In this document: in pieces, positions 46,984 through 55,736 of the stretch
Numbering within the stretch: the first letter of the stretch is position 1
How the letters are laid out: each line of letters begins with the position of its first letter
Source: a virus
Virus record (IMG/VR): IMGVR_UViG_3300045988_099276
Coordinates: 32,001-96,000 of that record
Reading direction: 5' to 3' (one strand)
Length of the DNA: 64,000 bases
Program-made: the position numbers and the translations under genes
The notes under the pieces: generated by a model
The model's input: only the letters and a program-made list of their open reading frames with translations
Database searches by the model: none
Told to the model about the DNA's origin: nothing

Positions 46984-47030
46984 AAAAAAAAAGAGGGGTA
47001 TTCTCAATTAAGAGAATACCCCTTATTTTA
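46984..47030. terminator. bidirectional terminator between convergent blocks
   Basis: GGGGTATTCTC/GAGAATACCCC 11-bp stem flanked by an A run (5') and a T-rich run (3'). Confidence 0.8.
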
Positions 47031-47035
47031 TTTAA

Positions 47036-48082
47036 TTAAAAAGGATTAGCATCAGAAATACAGACTTGTAGACGGTCAAGAGCTTCGCCATACATACCAG
47101 CGAAATCATCACCACCGTATGTAGAGCCATCATCGCATACAGAGTTTAGCCAACCTTCACGGGCAACTGTCTGTGAACGATAGTATACTTGCTTATATTC
47201 TTCACCTTTGGGTGTAATATAATACATGCGTACACCGTCAATCGCATGACCACCAATACCAGCACAGCCGTTAACTAGGTCATTTTTATTACCCTGAGAT
47301 ATATAGTCTAGCCAGCCATCCTGCTGAGTGTGAACCTGATACTTGAGAGTACCACGGTCAGCCCAAGCGCATAGATAATCGTGCTTGCCGCAAGGCACAC
47401 CAGCAAAGCCGTTTGAATCAGAATTATTAAAGTTAGTTACTGTATCATTCCAGCCGCCATTAAGATTGCGCAGAGCATAGTGAACATTAACAAGAGCTTT
47501 ACCCTGCGGAGCCTTATTAGTAGGTGCAGGTGCAGGAATAGGTTTATTTGTAGAAGGAGCAGGAGCAGCTTCGGCGCCGTTCTTCATTGCATCATACCAA
47601 GCCTGCGCTCGACTCATATATTCAGCGTTTTGACTACCAGCTAGTTCGCCCGGACACGCCGTAGACGACCAATAGCGATGTGGGAAGACATTAACTAGCC
47701 ACTGAGGACGACCAAGATTGTAATAGAGACATAGAGCAGCGACTAGATGCGCACCAGACTCTAAAGCAGCAGGGAAGACAGTCCAAGGATTGCTGTTGTT
47801 GTTAGCGTGCTCAATAGAGATAGTATGAGTATTTGCATACCAATTACCGCAAGCCCAAGCGGTATCCCAGTCATTGACCATCTGACCGATTTTACCATCA
47901 GCCTGAACCGCATAGTGAGCAGAAGTCTGCGAATGGCTCCATAGATTATAGCACTGGTCGATAGAAAGATTACCAGCCATATGATGAATAGTAATACCAG
48001 TAATGTTAGCACCTTCACGACCTGCGGTATAGTCACAAGGTAGAATCTTTGTTACATCAGCTTGAATATTTTTCCAATCCAT
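47036..48082 (-). CDS. endolysin: N-acetylmuramoyl-L-alanine amidase (Amidase_2/PGRP) + ChW-like cell-wall-binding repeats
   Basis: N-terminal ITGITIHHMAGN...SAHYAV...ISIEH...CPG. Pro/Ala linker. C-terminal repeats (GWND...FAGVPCG, DGWLDY...CAGIGGHAIDGVRM, EGWLNS...FAGMYGEALDRLQV). Confidence 0.82.
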   Translation of the reverse strand: MDWKNIQADVTKILPCDYTAGREGANITGITIHHMAGNLSIDQCYNLWSHSQTSAHYAVQADGKIGQMVNDWDTAWACGNWYANTHTISIEHANNNSNPWTVFPAALESGAHLVAALCLYYNLGRPQWLVNVFPHRYWSSTACPGELAGSQNAEYMSRAQAWYDAMKNGAEAAPAPSTNKPIPAPAPTNKAPQGKALVNVHYALRNLNGGWNDTVTNFNNSDSNGFAGVPCGKHDYLCAWADRGTLKYQVHTQQDGWLDYISQGNKNDLVNGCAGIGGHAIDGVRMYYITPKGEEYKQVYYRSQTVAREGWLNSVCDDGSTYGGDDFAGMYGEALDRLQVCISDANPF

Positions 48083-48103
48083 AATTTTCCTTTCTATTGG
48101 AAA

Positions 48104-48135
48104 TAAAAAAAGAGCCGCAAATGCGGCTCTTTTTA
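48104..48135. terminator. hairpin/terminator between holin and endolysin
   Basis: GAGCCG-CAAATG-CGGCTC flanked by A and T runs. Confidence 0.5.
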
Positions 48136-48140
48136 TTTAA

Positions 48141-48422
48141 CTATTTAGTCTTGCCGCTCATAAGATTCTTAAATTGTTCGTAGACGGCTGTGCTCGCAAG
48201 ACCGCTCACAAGACTCCCAACGACAAGTTCAAGAGTAACTGGAGTACCAGTAGTAACAGCAGAGACAACACCTGCGACAAGACCGACAACACCTACGATT
48301 AGAGGAATGAAACGGTTAACAGAATCATTAGGAATAAGATTCTTGACAATGTAGCCGACACAAAGACCAAGAACAAGAATTGTTGGCATCAGCATTGTAG
48401 AGATAGTTGATAAATCAAACAT
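48141..48422 (-). CDS. holin (putative)
   Basis: 93 aa, mostly hydrophobic (2-3 TM helices), charged C-terminus, immediately upstream of the endolysin. Confidence 0.65.
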   Translation of the reverse strand: MFDLSTISTMLMPTILVLGLCVGYIVKNLIPNDSVNRFIPLIVGVVGLVAGVVSAVTTGTPVTLELVVGSLVSGLASTAVYEQFKNLMSGKTK

Positions 48423-48434
48423 TTGTTAAATCTC

Positions 48435-48590
48435 CTATTCAGATTTGTAATTCTTAAATTCTTCAAGAATTTCATCAGCCTGAGCCTGAGATAGCTTAGG
48501 ATAACTATTTAAAATATCATCAAGAGTTTCGCCACGTTCAAGACGAATTTGTACTGCACTTTTAACGATTTTAAAAGCCATTTTAGATAC
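48435..48590 (-). CDS. small protein (51 aa), XkdX-like position
   Basis: MAFKIVKSAVQIRLERGETLDDILNSYPKLSQAQADEILEEFKNYKSE; lies between the fibre-associated genes and the holin. Too short for the ORF track. Confidence 0.4.
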   Translation of the reverse strand, partial: VSKMAFKIVKSAVQIRLERGETLDDILNSYPKLSQAQADEILEEFKNYKSE

Positions 48591-48595
48591 TGCCA

Positions 48596-49117
48596 TTATT
48601 CATCACTTCCTGCAACGATTTCAGCTAACATGATAGTTAAATTACCGATAGATGTAGCATTGGATTCAAGCTGGTCAGGACCATTTTCCATAAAAGCAGT
48701 TTGCTTTGCTTGCTTTTCTTCCATTTCCTTACGCTCTTTAAGTTCGGCTTCGGTATATAGAACGTAACGCTGAATATCTTCATATTCATCATATGCGTCT
48801 TTATGTTCTACATGCTCTTGGTCAATTACAGATTTGATTTCTGCGCCATGATACACATTGCCTTCTCCCCTATCTACATATTCAAAGACACCTGCTTGGT
48901 CATCAATAACTTTGACGTGCGGGTCTTCGTTGCTTTCAATAAGCATTTGCGAGCCATCTTCAAAAGCAAATCGAATTACCTCATAATGCTTTTTTTCAGG
49001 AATTTCAGCCTGTTCCTCATGGTGTGCAACAAATTTCTTGTCAGACTTTAGATAGCCTTTTGTAGTATCAACGTCAGATTCTTTAATCTCAACGTCTTCC
49101 TCGTTTAAAATTTTCAT
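48596..49117 (-). CDS. hypothetical acidic protein
   Basis: 173-aa ORF. Confidence 0.55.
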   Translation of the reverse strand: MKILNEEDVEIKESDVDTTKGYLKSDKKFVAHHEEQAEIPEKKHYEVIRFAFEDGSQMLIESNEDPHVKVIDDQAGVFEYVDRGEGNVYHGAEIKSVIDQEHVEHKDAYDEYEDIQRYVLYTEAELKERKEMEEKQAKQTAFMENGPDQLESNATSIGNLTIMLAEIVAGSDE

Positions 49118-49144
49118 TTATACTCCTTTTATTTCCTAGGGTCT

Positions 49145-50122
49145 CTATCCCTTATTGATATATATAGCTTTAATTTTAGCTCCATCTGGAATATTTACAT
49201 AACAGATAGGCTGTGGATGCACCGCAATCTTTACCGCATTTGACCAACCAGAAGCGATTGAATTATCATAATTATATATCCTAGCACGAACATAACAATT
49301 ATTATTATTCTTCATACCCATAATAAAAGAGTTAAGCGAAGAATCAGATGAACTTACAGATATAACGTTACCAGATGCGGTATGTGTTGTAGACCAAGAA
49401 GACCCGCCATTAGTTGAATATTGCCATTCAACTTTATCAGAAGGATATAACGTACTAGAGTTATTCACGGAAAAATTAAAACTGCCCGCAGAAGGGAAAA
49501 TAACGCCAGCAGGATTGACAACCGTTGGAGCTACAGGTGCCGTATAAATTGTATTCGTGCTTTGATTGGCAGATTGACCAGCAGAGTTATATGAATTAAC
49601 TCTAAACTCATATTTATGGTTTGCGGAGACAGAATATGTTGTGCTAGTAGCTTTAGTATTTAAAATATTTTTCCAATCACTATCATCAACTCTTACATCA
49701 ACATGATTGCCTGTAGGATTGCTTGTGCCAGAACCATTATTCGTCCAAGAGATGGTTACAGTTGAACCAGACAATACCGCCTTTTGATTAGTTACTACAG
49801 GAGGCGTTGTAACAGACGGAGGTGTAGCAGGGACACTAACAGTTGTGCTTGCAGAGCTATTGTCAAAATTGCTCCAACTTGGCCCACCAGCGCTAACTGA
49901 ATACGAGCGCACACTTGTACTGTTTCCAACATTATATGAATGAGTCCAAGAAAAACTAGCACCATAAGGAATAGTACGATACATATATTGTCGCGTACCA
50001 TTACATTCAGTCCAAAAGGTTTCGGTAATACCACTATATGTATAGCCATTGTTTGTAAATGTACCTGTTACATTTACAGTATTCTGATTTGCGCTAGCAG
50101 AAACAGAATATCTACTTCCCAT
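49145..50122 (-). CDS. structural / receptor-binding protein with fibronectin type III-like domain
   Basis: Ser/Thr/Asn-rich. TVTISWTNNGSG...HKYEFRVNSYNSAGQS is FN3-like. Confidence 0.55.
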   Translation of the reverse strand: MGSRYSVSASANQNTVNVTGTFTNNGYTYSGITETFWTECNGTRQYMYRTIPYGASFSWTHSYNVGNSTSVRSYSVSAGGPSWSNFDNSSASTTVSVPATPPSVTTPPVVTNQKAVLSGSTVTISWTNNGSGTSNPTGNHVDVRVDDSDWKNILNTKATSTTYSVSANHKYEFRVNSYNSAGQSANQSTNTIYTAPVAPTVVNPAGVIFPSAGSFNFSVNNSSTLYPSDKVEWQYSTNGGSSWSTTHTASGNVISVSSSDSSLNSFIMGMKNNNNCYVRARIYNYDNSIASGWSNAVKIAVHPQPICYVNIPDGAKIKAIYINKG

Positions 50123-50167
50123 TCAGTTCCTCCTTCCATTTTTAAATTATATTTTACTAATTATACA

Positions 50168-50208
50168 TAAAAAATGGGCAGAACTATTTACATAATTCTG
50201 CCCAAAAA
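50168..50208 (-). terminator. Rho-independent terminator
   Basis: GGGCAGAA/TTCTGCCC stem followed by a T run on the minus strand. Confidence 0.6.
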
Positions 50209-50215
50209 TTTTAAG

Positions 50216-50509
50216 CTACTTGTACATATCAATTAATGTCTTGACATGTGCCGCACCGTCAATTAGTTTTTTGTTTTGCCAATCAAATAGATTCTGCACT
50301 ATATCAGTTTGTTCTCCAAGAGATTCATAAACCTTGAGTAAATGTGAATGTAATATCTGTATGTGAGAATACTCTTGTTTAGACAAATCATTATACATAT
50401 TAGATAGTTGCGGCGAATCGTTTTTCAATGATAGCGCTAGCTCCGCATATTCCTTTGCGCCGCATATTTCATCATCAACTTGGTCAAGTAGCGTTTTAAA
50501 AATTTCCAT
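50216..50509 (-). CDS. hypothetical helical protein
   Basis: 97-aa ORF; E..GA..Y...QE..H pattern is faintly ferritin-like. Low-confidence product call. Confidence 0.45.
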   Translation of the reverse strand: MEIFKTLLDQVDDEICGAKEYAELALSLKNDSPQLSNMYNDLSKQEYSHIQILHSHLLKVYESLGEQTDIVQNLFDWQNKKLIDGAAHVKTLIDMYK

Positions 50510-50916
50510 TACGCAATCTTTACTACAATAATATTGGCAATACGGACACTCGTAGCACTTAACGCCTTAACGTTAATTGTTGCTTGCGGAGCATTGCAAG
50601 GAACCGTGACAAGTGCGGAAAACGCCTGAGACACAAGATTACCTGCTGCGGCACCTGTGTCAATAGCATGTGCCGCAGGAAGAGCGTTGCCGTTGCGATA
50701 CATTTGTGTTTCTATTGGTCCTTCTGCTGTTGCGGCAAATGTGAAATTCGCCATAATCTGATAAAGACCGCTATTGTTAATAGTGATGTTCTTGCCATCG
50801 CACGAGACGCACTTATTGGATACTGTGGAGCTAGGTACTGGAATGGTGTCACCAGCAGCTAGTGTAAGCGCAGTAGCGCTGTCATAAGTGAATCTTCCTA
50901 CTGTTTTGATGCCCAT
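50509..50916 (-). CDS. BclA-C-terminal / C1q-TNF-like jelly-roll protein (putative fibre tip or decoration)
   Basis: 135 aa. The pattern ...NNSGLYQIMANFTFAA...MYRNGNALP...LVTVPCN...IANIIVVKIA resembles BclA_C/C1q-like domains. Pattern-level inference only. Confidence 0.45.
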   Translation of the reverse strand: MGIKTVGRFTYDSATALTLAAGDTIPVPSSTVSNKCVSCDGKNITINNSGLYQIMANFTFAATAEGPIETQMYRNGNALPAAHAIDTGAAAGNLVSQAFSALVTVPCNAPQATINVKALSATSVRIANIIVVKIA

Positions 50917-50941
50917 AATAAACTCCTAAAGATAGATAGGA

Positions 50942-51559
50942 TTAAAAAGTAGCTCCGTTGCAGCCACAGCCACAAGGAGTAGCGAAATTAGGCACTACGC
51001 CATAGCCATAAGGGGAAATACGAGGTACTCCGCAGAACATATTCTGGGTTTTAAGCTCGGAAACTTGAGCCTGTAGAGACTTAATCTTATCCTGTGCAAG
51101 AGCATCTAGAATCTTTTGGGTCTGTGCGGTGGTGTTCTCATTAATAGCAGCTGTGTTCATTGCAGCACTGTATTTAATGTCAGAAGATGCTAAGCGATTC
51201 TCGCAGCAACAATTCGCTAGCTGGCTAGAAAGCGCATAATTACCATCTTTGATCGCATCCTGAGTAGATGCGAAGTTGCGTAGATTCTCATAGCCAACAG
51301 ATGCTAAACCTTGTGAAGTCTGCATGAACTGTGTCTGCATTAGGTCAGACAGACGGCCAACGCTATTTTCGAGGTTATTGAAATTCATAGCGTTGCAAAG
51401 ACCTGCTTCGGTAACAGGCTGTTCAGCGGTGTTGCGATTCCAGCCATTACCATACATGAATAGGAAAAGAACAATAATCCAAATCCAGCCACCAGCACCG
51501 CCCCAATTGTCGTTGTCTTTGGTGACTGCCGCAATATCGGATAGAGACATATTTTCCAT
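50942..51559 (-). CDS. hypothetical membrane protein with Cys-rich C-terminus
   Basis: AGAAAGAAG SD then ATG at 51559. TM helix GGWIWIIVLFLFMYG; CCC motif; C-terminal PCGCGCNGATF. Confidence 0.5.
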   Translation of the reverse strand: MENMSLSDIAAVTKDNDNWGGAGGWIWIIVLFLFMYGNGWNRNTAEQPVTEAGLCNAMNFNNLENSVGRLSDLMQTQFMQTSQGLASVGYENLRNFASTQDAIKDGNYALSSQLANCCCENRLASSDIKYSAAMNTAAINENTTAQTQKILDALAQDKIKSLQAQVSELKTQNMFCGVPRISPYGYGVVPNFATPCGCGCNGATF

Positions 51560-51621
51560 AATAATCTTCTTTCTATCGTGGTGCATAGAAATATTTTATC
51601 CTGTGCGCACAAGTGGATAAA

Positions 51622-51831
51622 CTAATTGAAGAATTTGGCTATATTCATAGCTTGTTGCTTTAGTGTCTCAAATTGCTGTTGAGACATTTGCCCAGAAGAG
51701 ATAAGAGACTGAACCTTCTCTTGGGCTTGCTGAGGTGTGATGTTACTACTTTTAATGAAGTCCAACAACTCGGTCATTGGGTTGTTTTGCGGCATTTGTG
51801 TTTGCTGCAATGTTTGAAATAATTGATTCAT
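51622..51831 (-). CDS. hypothetical Gln-rich protein
   Basis: GGAAGGAG SD then ATG at 51831 (MNQLFQTLQQTQ...). Confidence 0.45.
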   Translation of the reverse strand: MNQLFQTLQQTQMPQNNPMTELLDFIKSSNITPQQAQEKVQSLISSGQMSQQQFETLKQQAMNIAKFFN

Positions 51832-52135
51832 ACTGCTCCTTCCATTTGTTGAATTCATCTTTTGTTATATAGTTATCCGCAGTTTGCGGCTCAACTTTTT
51901 GGAAGGAGTATTCTGAAATGGTAGATATACCATTCATATCAGTTTCTTTCAAATAAAAAATATCCTTATTTGAGTCCATAAGCAACGCTTTCGTTCCGCG
52001 AGGAACGGCACAGTTTTCCGCTTCTTGACGATTAGACACAAATCTAACGCCTTGAATTTGATTTGCGGGTGTGTAGGCGCTATTCTGCATAGGCATATAT
52101 GGCGCATATGGATTGAAATAAGGATATTCGTTCAT
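51752..52135 (-). CDS. hypothetical protein
   Basis: 127-aa ORF with AAGGAGAAC SD. Its 3' end overlaps the next gene by 80 nt. Confidence 0.5.
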   Translation of the reverse strand: MNEYPYFNPYAPYMPMQNSAYTPANQIQGVRFVSNRQEAENCAVPRGTKALLMDSNKDIFYLKETDMNGISTISEYSFQKVEPQTADNYITKDEFNKWKEQYESIISNIAANTNAAKQPNDRVVGLH

Positions 52136-52321
52136 GGTGTTCTCCTTAGTGATATGTAGTAATACATATATATAAAAGAAGATATGGTAAGAGTTAATCT
52201 ATTTTATTGCATGGAATCTGATTTAACTTCATTACCATATCTTCGTAGTGTCTTTAAGATTTTTCTCTCTATTGTACCTAAAAATTAGAGGGTAAAAATT
52301 ATAATACTTTGCCCAATAATT

Positions 52322-53053
52322 TTAAATTTTTATCCACAACTTACATCTTGAATCTGTTGGCTGAGTAGATGAAACTTGAACTGAATATTCAGTGTTTGCA
52401 CTTCCAGCAGTAGTGGCATATTTAACTGATTGAGAACCAATATCAGCTGATGTAATACATTGGCCGTAATATGAATCGTCTGAGTTATATAGAGAAACAT
52501 TCGGAGTACCATTTAAACCTTTGACGCAAAAGGCACCACTCTTATTATGGTCACCAATAGCAGCATCATCGCCAACGACATACCAAGTATTGTTTGCGAA
52601 ATACGGTTCTAGCTTAGAAGGAAAATCACTGATTTGAGACTTTGTATGTGTATGACTAGAAGGCGTATATGTATTTGGCTTTCCAGATATATTATTCCAA
52701 GCGACAGCATTCGCAGTGGCGGCTGTAGTCGCTGTTGTGGCACTTCCTGCTGAATCAGCATATCCCGCAGACATTTTATACCAAGCACTAGAATTTAGCG
52801 CTCTTTTGTATAAATAAGATGATGCTCCGTCTGGAATAGCAATTTGAAATGGAGTGCCAATATCTGCATCGGTGAACACACTTGCCCATGTGCCAACGGG
52901 AGAAGATGCGTTGCCACCAGTTGACGGCACTCCCCTGACAACATAATAACCAGTTTTGGTATGATTATCTAGATTCGTATCAGTTGTTACTGTTTCTGTC
53001 AACAGCGGTATTTTAGAAAATTTACTACCATCAGAAAGATAAAGTTCAGCCAT
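52322..53053 (-). CDS. tail fibre / receptor-binding protein (fibre C)
   Basis: N-terminal MAELYLSDGSKFSKIP; ISGKPNTYTPSSHTHTKSQISDFP module; conserved C-terminus SSTQPTDSRCKLWIKI. No SD; ATG overlapped by the leader stop. Confidence 0.72.
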   Translation of the reverse strand: MAELYLSDGSKFSKIPLLTETVTTDTNLDNHTKTGYYVVRGVPSTGGNASSPVGTWASVFTDADIGTPFQIAIPDGASSYLYKRALNSSAWYKMSAGYADSAGSATTATTAATANAVAWNNISGKPNTYTPSSHTHTKSQISDFPSKLEPYFANNTWYVVGDDAAIGDHNKSGAFCVKGLNGTPNVSLYNSDDSYYGQCITSADIGSQSVKYATTAGSANTEYSVQVSSTQPTDSRCKLWIKI

Positions 53054-53117
53054 TTAAATCAATTAAACTAGTTAATGTGGGCTTAAAGCCCCCCCCCCAA
53101 GAAGTGTAAGTTTGCAT
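53046..53117 (-). CDS. poly-G leader ORF C (23 aa, ON frame)
   Basis: GAAAGGA SD then ATG; MQTYTSWGGGFKPTLTSLIDLNG. The TGA overlaps the fibre ATG (AATGGCTGA). Confidence 0.5.
   Translation of the reverse strand: MQTYTSWGGGFKPTLTSLIDLNG
53089..53098 (-). repeat. homopolymeric tract, G10 on the coding strand
   Basis: C10 run on the + strand inside leader ORF C. Confidence 0.95.
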
Positions 53118-53134
53118 AAAAATTCCTTTCAATC

Positions 53135-54181
53135 TTAAATTTTAATCCATATCTTACATGTATTGCTAGTAGGCTTTGTGCTAGATATGGTTACAATGTC
53201 GCTCGCTGCCTTGGCATTGAGCTTTGTGTTCATTTCACTTTCAGTATAGTAGCGGTCATCGTGAGTGTGGCTAGAGTTGGCTTTGCCGTTTAATTTAGTA
53301 TTGATTTCGCTTTCAGTGTAATATCTATCATCGTGAGTGTGACTTGACGGAGCATACGTAGAAGGTTTGCCATTAACATTCCCCCATGACACACTATTGG
53401 CAGAACCAGCACTGCTGGCATATGCAACTTTACCAACATCATAACCAGTAGCTTGTGCAGTATATGCTCTTGTGTCCATTGCAGCTCGGGGTTCATCGTT
53501 CATTAACTGCCAAGAAGAGCCATTACCACCACGGGTGCTGTTTGCTAAAATTCGGATATTACACGAATTATATGTGCCAGTAGCATGAAAATATAAATCA
53601 GCATATCCAACAGTTGATTTAGCAGAATGTATTTTTAAAATAAATTGGTCTGGTTCATATCCATATCTACAAAGCCATTGAACGTTTCCATGAGTAGCCA
53701 CAGCGCTTTCAGATACATTATCATTGCGGAAACGGACTGCTAGAATGCCAAATCCACCACTTTCGTAACCAGAATCTACACACAATACAACGCTACCATC
53801 GAAAGAATTAGTTTTTGATTCAAGCTTTAAACAACGCCAATATGGTTTAGCAGCACTGCTTTGAGTAACATATCGGACAGTACCATTTAAATAATTAGCG
53901 ATATTAGCTGTACCAGAAATATTACATGATACAACATTTCCTACTGGATTATATTTAAAATTATCGCTATGAACTCTTTGATTATCTGCACTATTATTTG
54001 AAAACCAAACATGTCTTGCAGCATTGTCCGAAGCGGTACCATAACTTTTTACTTCTTTCGCGGCACCTCCTGCGGAATCTGCACCCGCATAATTATGGCT
54101 ATGACTAGCAGCTGCTGCTCCCACCATATCTGGCGTCCACTCTTTAAAAGACCCGCCACTGGGATAATACGCTTTAGCCAA
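53135..54181 (-). CDS. tail fibre / receptor-binding protein (fibre B)
   Basis: TTG start without SD; MAKAYYPSGGSFKEW; SSHTHDDRYYTESE(I/M)NTKL occurs twice; C-terminus SSTKPTSNTCKIWIKI. Confidence 0.72.
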   Translation of the reverse strand: MAKAYYPSGGSFKEWTPDMVGAAAASHSHNYAGADSAGGAAKEVKSYGTASDNAARHVWFSNNSADNQRVHSDNFKYNPVGNVVSCNISGTANIANYLNGTVRYVTQSSAAKPYWRCLKLESKTNSFDGSVVLCVDSGYESGGFGILAVRFRNDNVSESAVATHGNVQWLCRYGYEPDQFILKIHSAKSTVGYADLYFHATGTYNSCNIRILANSTRGGNGSSWQLMNDEPRAAMDTRAYTAQATGYDVGKVAYASSAGSANSVSWGNVNGKPSTYAPSSHTHDDRYYTESEINTKLNGKANSSHTHDDRYYTESEMNTKLNAKAASDIVTISSTKPTSNTCKIWIKI

Positions 54182-54193
54182 TTAAATCATTGG

Positions 54194-54253
54194 CTACTGA
54201 TGCCCCCCCCAGCAGACCTCACTAAAGGTGCGCTGTGTTAAAATATTCTTCAT
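54194..54253 (-). CDS. poly-G leader ORF B (19 aa as sequenced, OFF frame)
   Basis: MKNILTQRTFSEVCWGGHQ* with G8. With G9 it reads ...WGGASVANDLIG* and its TAA overlaps the fibre TTG (TTGGCTAA). Confidence 0.45.
   Translation of the reverse strand: MKNILTQRTFSEVCWGGHQ
54203..54210 (-). repeat. homopolymeric tract, G8 on the coding strand
   Basis: C8 run on the + strand inside leader ORF B. Confidence 0.95.
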
Positions 54254-54260
54254 ATTATCA

Positions 54261-55721
54261 CTATACCTTAATCCATAATTTACAAGTACTCGCGTTGGGC
54301 TGCGAAGAAGAAACGATAACTTCTTCTGGCCGCCAAGTGTTAGTGTCATTATCAGTAAGCGCAATAGTCGCATTGCCAGACTGGTTCAAAGTAAACGTAC
54401 CCTTTGTAGCGCCGTTCTGCGTAATTGTAATAGTACCATTGCCGACAGAAGGAATTGACGGTCTGTTAGAGATTTCAGACCAAGAATAGGAAGGTTTGCT
54501 TGAAGCCTTAGCCCAAGCATACACATCACTTGCTGGCATACTGGTAGGGAAATCTGTAATCTGGGACTTTGAATGAGTGTGTGAAGAAGCGGCGGCACCG
54601 ATACTAGAAGCTGTGATATTAATATTCTTGACTGCACTACCATCATATGCACCTTGAGAAGTACCATTTAAAGAAATGGTAAGCGCATTAGGATTCTTTA
54701 AAGAACTTGGAACAGTAGGAATAGTAGGCTTATTGGAAAGGTCATTATATGAGCCGCTTGTCGCAACGGTAGCAAAAGATGGCTTGCCAGATACCTGTGA
54801 CCAAGTAGGAGTATGATTGGAATCAAAATAATGCGCCCAAGCGCTCCAAGCGTTAACATTAAACTGGCGAATCCAAGTTTTCATAGCATTGGTATTGCCC
54901 TCAGTTAAAACTTGAACTAGATAACTGCCAGCTGTTCTTTTGACTTCAAGACCGAAAGCGTCTACGCCAGTGGGCTTATTCTTGACACTATTTGAACCAC
55001 CCGCAAAATAAAGGCCAACTGTTTTAGTATCATCAAGATTTTGTGTAGTAAGTTCTGTTACCTTTAGTGCGTTTGCGGTTGCAGCAGTAGTCGCACTGCC
55101 AGCACTAGCCGCATACTTTACACTCTTGGCAGAGTCAGCGGTATTATCAACATTACCTAGACCGACTTCTGCCTTAGAATATGAAGGTTTTGTGGCTGCT
55201 TTCGCCCATGCAGAAACATCTGATGCTGGCATTGAAGTCGGAAAATCTGTAATATCGGCTTTAACATGTTTGTGACCAGTATCAGACTTACCGTCAAGAG
55301 CAGATTTAACAACCTTACTCTGAACTGGATTGGTAGAATTAGTAACGAACGATGTATCTACAACTGTCTTGTTCGCGCCAGTAGCAACACCGTCAAGTTT
55401 AGCCTTATCTGCGGCAGACATAAGACCTGCGGCACTGGTAGTAGCATTGCCGTATACAGTATTTGAATCGGTAACATTAAATGTACTACCATCGCTACCC
55501 TTGAGGGTAATTGTATTGCCATTTTTGGTTAGATTATAAGTTGTATTTGTATTGATATTATCTTTAATCTGAATCAGAGAGGATGAAGAAATACCCATCC
55601 ACAAAGTGCCGGTATCGGTGGCAACATACAATGCACCGTCCAATACTTTATTTTCGGCAGTGAGTGCTTTGATATTAGGTTCTTTATCTCTGATAAATTT
55701 TACTCTTGCTATCTTGCTCAC
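54261..55721 (-). CDS. tail fibre protein (486 aa)
   Basis: GAAAGGA SD then GTG. Repeated KADITDFPTSMPASDVSAWAKA / KSQITDFPTSMPASDVYAWAKA modules with HTH/HKH motifs. C-terminus SSSQPNASTCKLWIKV. Confidence 0.78.
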   Translation of the reverse strand: MSKIARVKFIRDKEPNIKALTAENKVLDGALYVATDTGTLWMGISSSSLIQIKDNINTNTTYNLTKNGNTITLKGSDGSTFNVTDSNTVYGNATTSAAGLMSAADKAKLDGVATGANKTVVDTSFVTNSTNPVQSKVVKSALDGKSDTGHKHVKADITDFPTSMPASDVSAWAKAATKPSYSKAEVGLGNVDNTADSAKSVKYAASAGSATTAATANALKVTELTTQNLDDTKTVGLYFAGGSNSVKNKPTGVDAFGLEVKRTAGSYLVQVLTEGNTNAMKTWIRQFNVNAWSAWAHYFDSNHTPTWSQVSGKPSFATVATSGSYNDLSNKPTIPTVPSSLKNPNALTISLNGTSQGAYDGSAVKNINITASSIGAAASSHTHSKSQITDFPTSMPASDVYAWAKASSKPSYSWSEISNRPSIPSVGNGTITITQNGATKGTFTLNQSGNATIALTDNDTNTWRPEEVIVSSSQPNASTCKLWIKV

Positions 55722-55736
55722 ATCCTTTCTGATAGA

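Noticed and set aside
51752-51858. Overlap of ORFs 51752-52135 and 51622-51858 as a programmed frameshift site
   Set aside because: There is no slippery heptamer. A good GGAAGGAG SD plus the ATG at 51831 explains the downstream gene as an independent, overlapping ORF.
53089-53098. Poly-C/G runs as terminator elements or G-quadruplexes
   Set aside because: Each is a single uninterrupted run, so the four G-runs needed for a quadruplex are absent. There is no adjacent stem-loop or U tail. Their position inside SD-led ORFs fits a translational role better.
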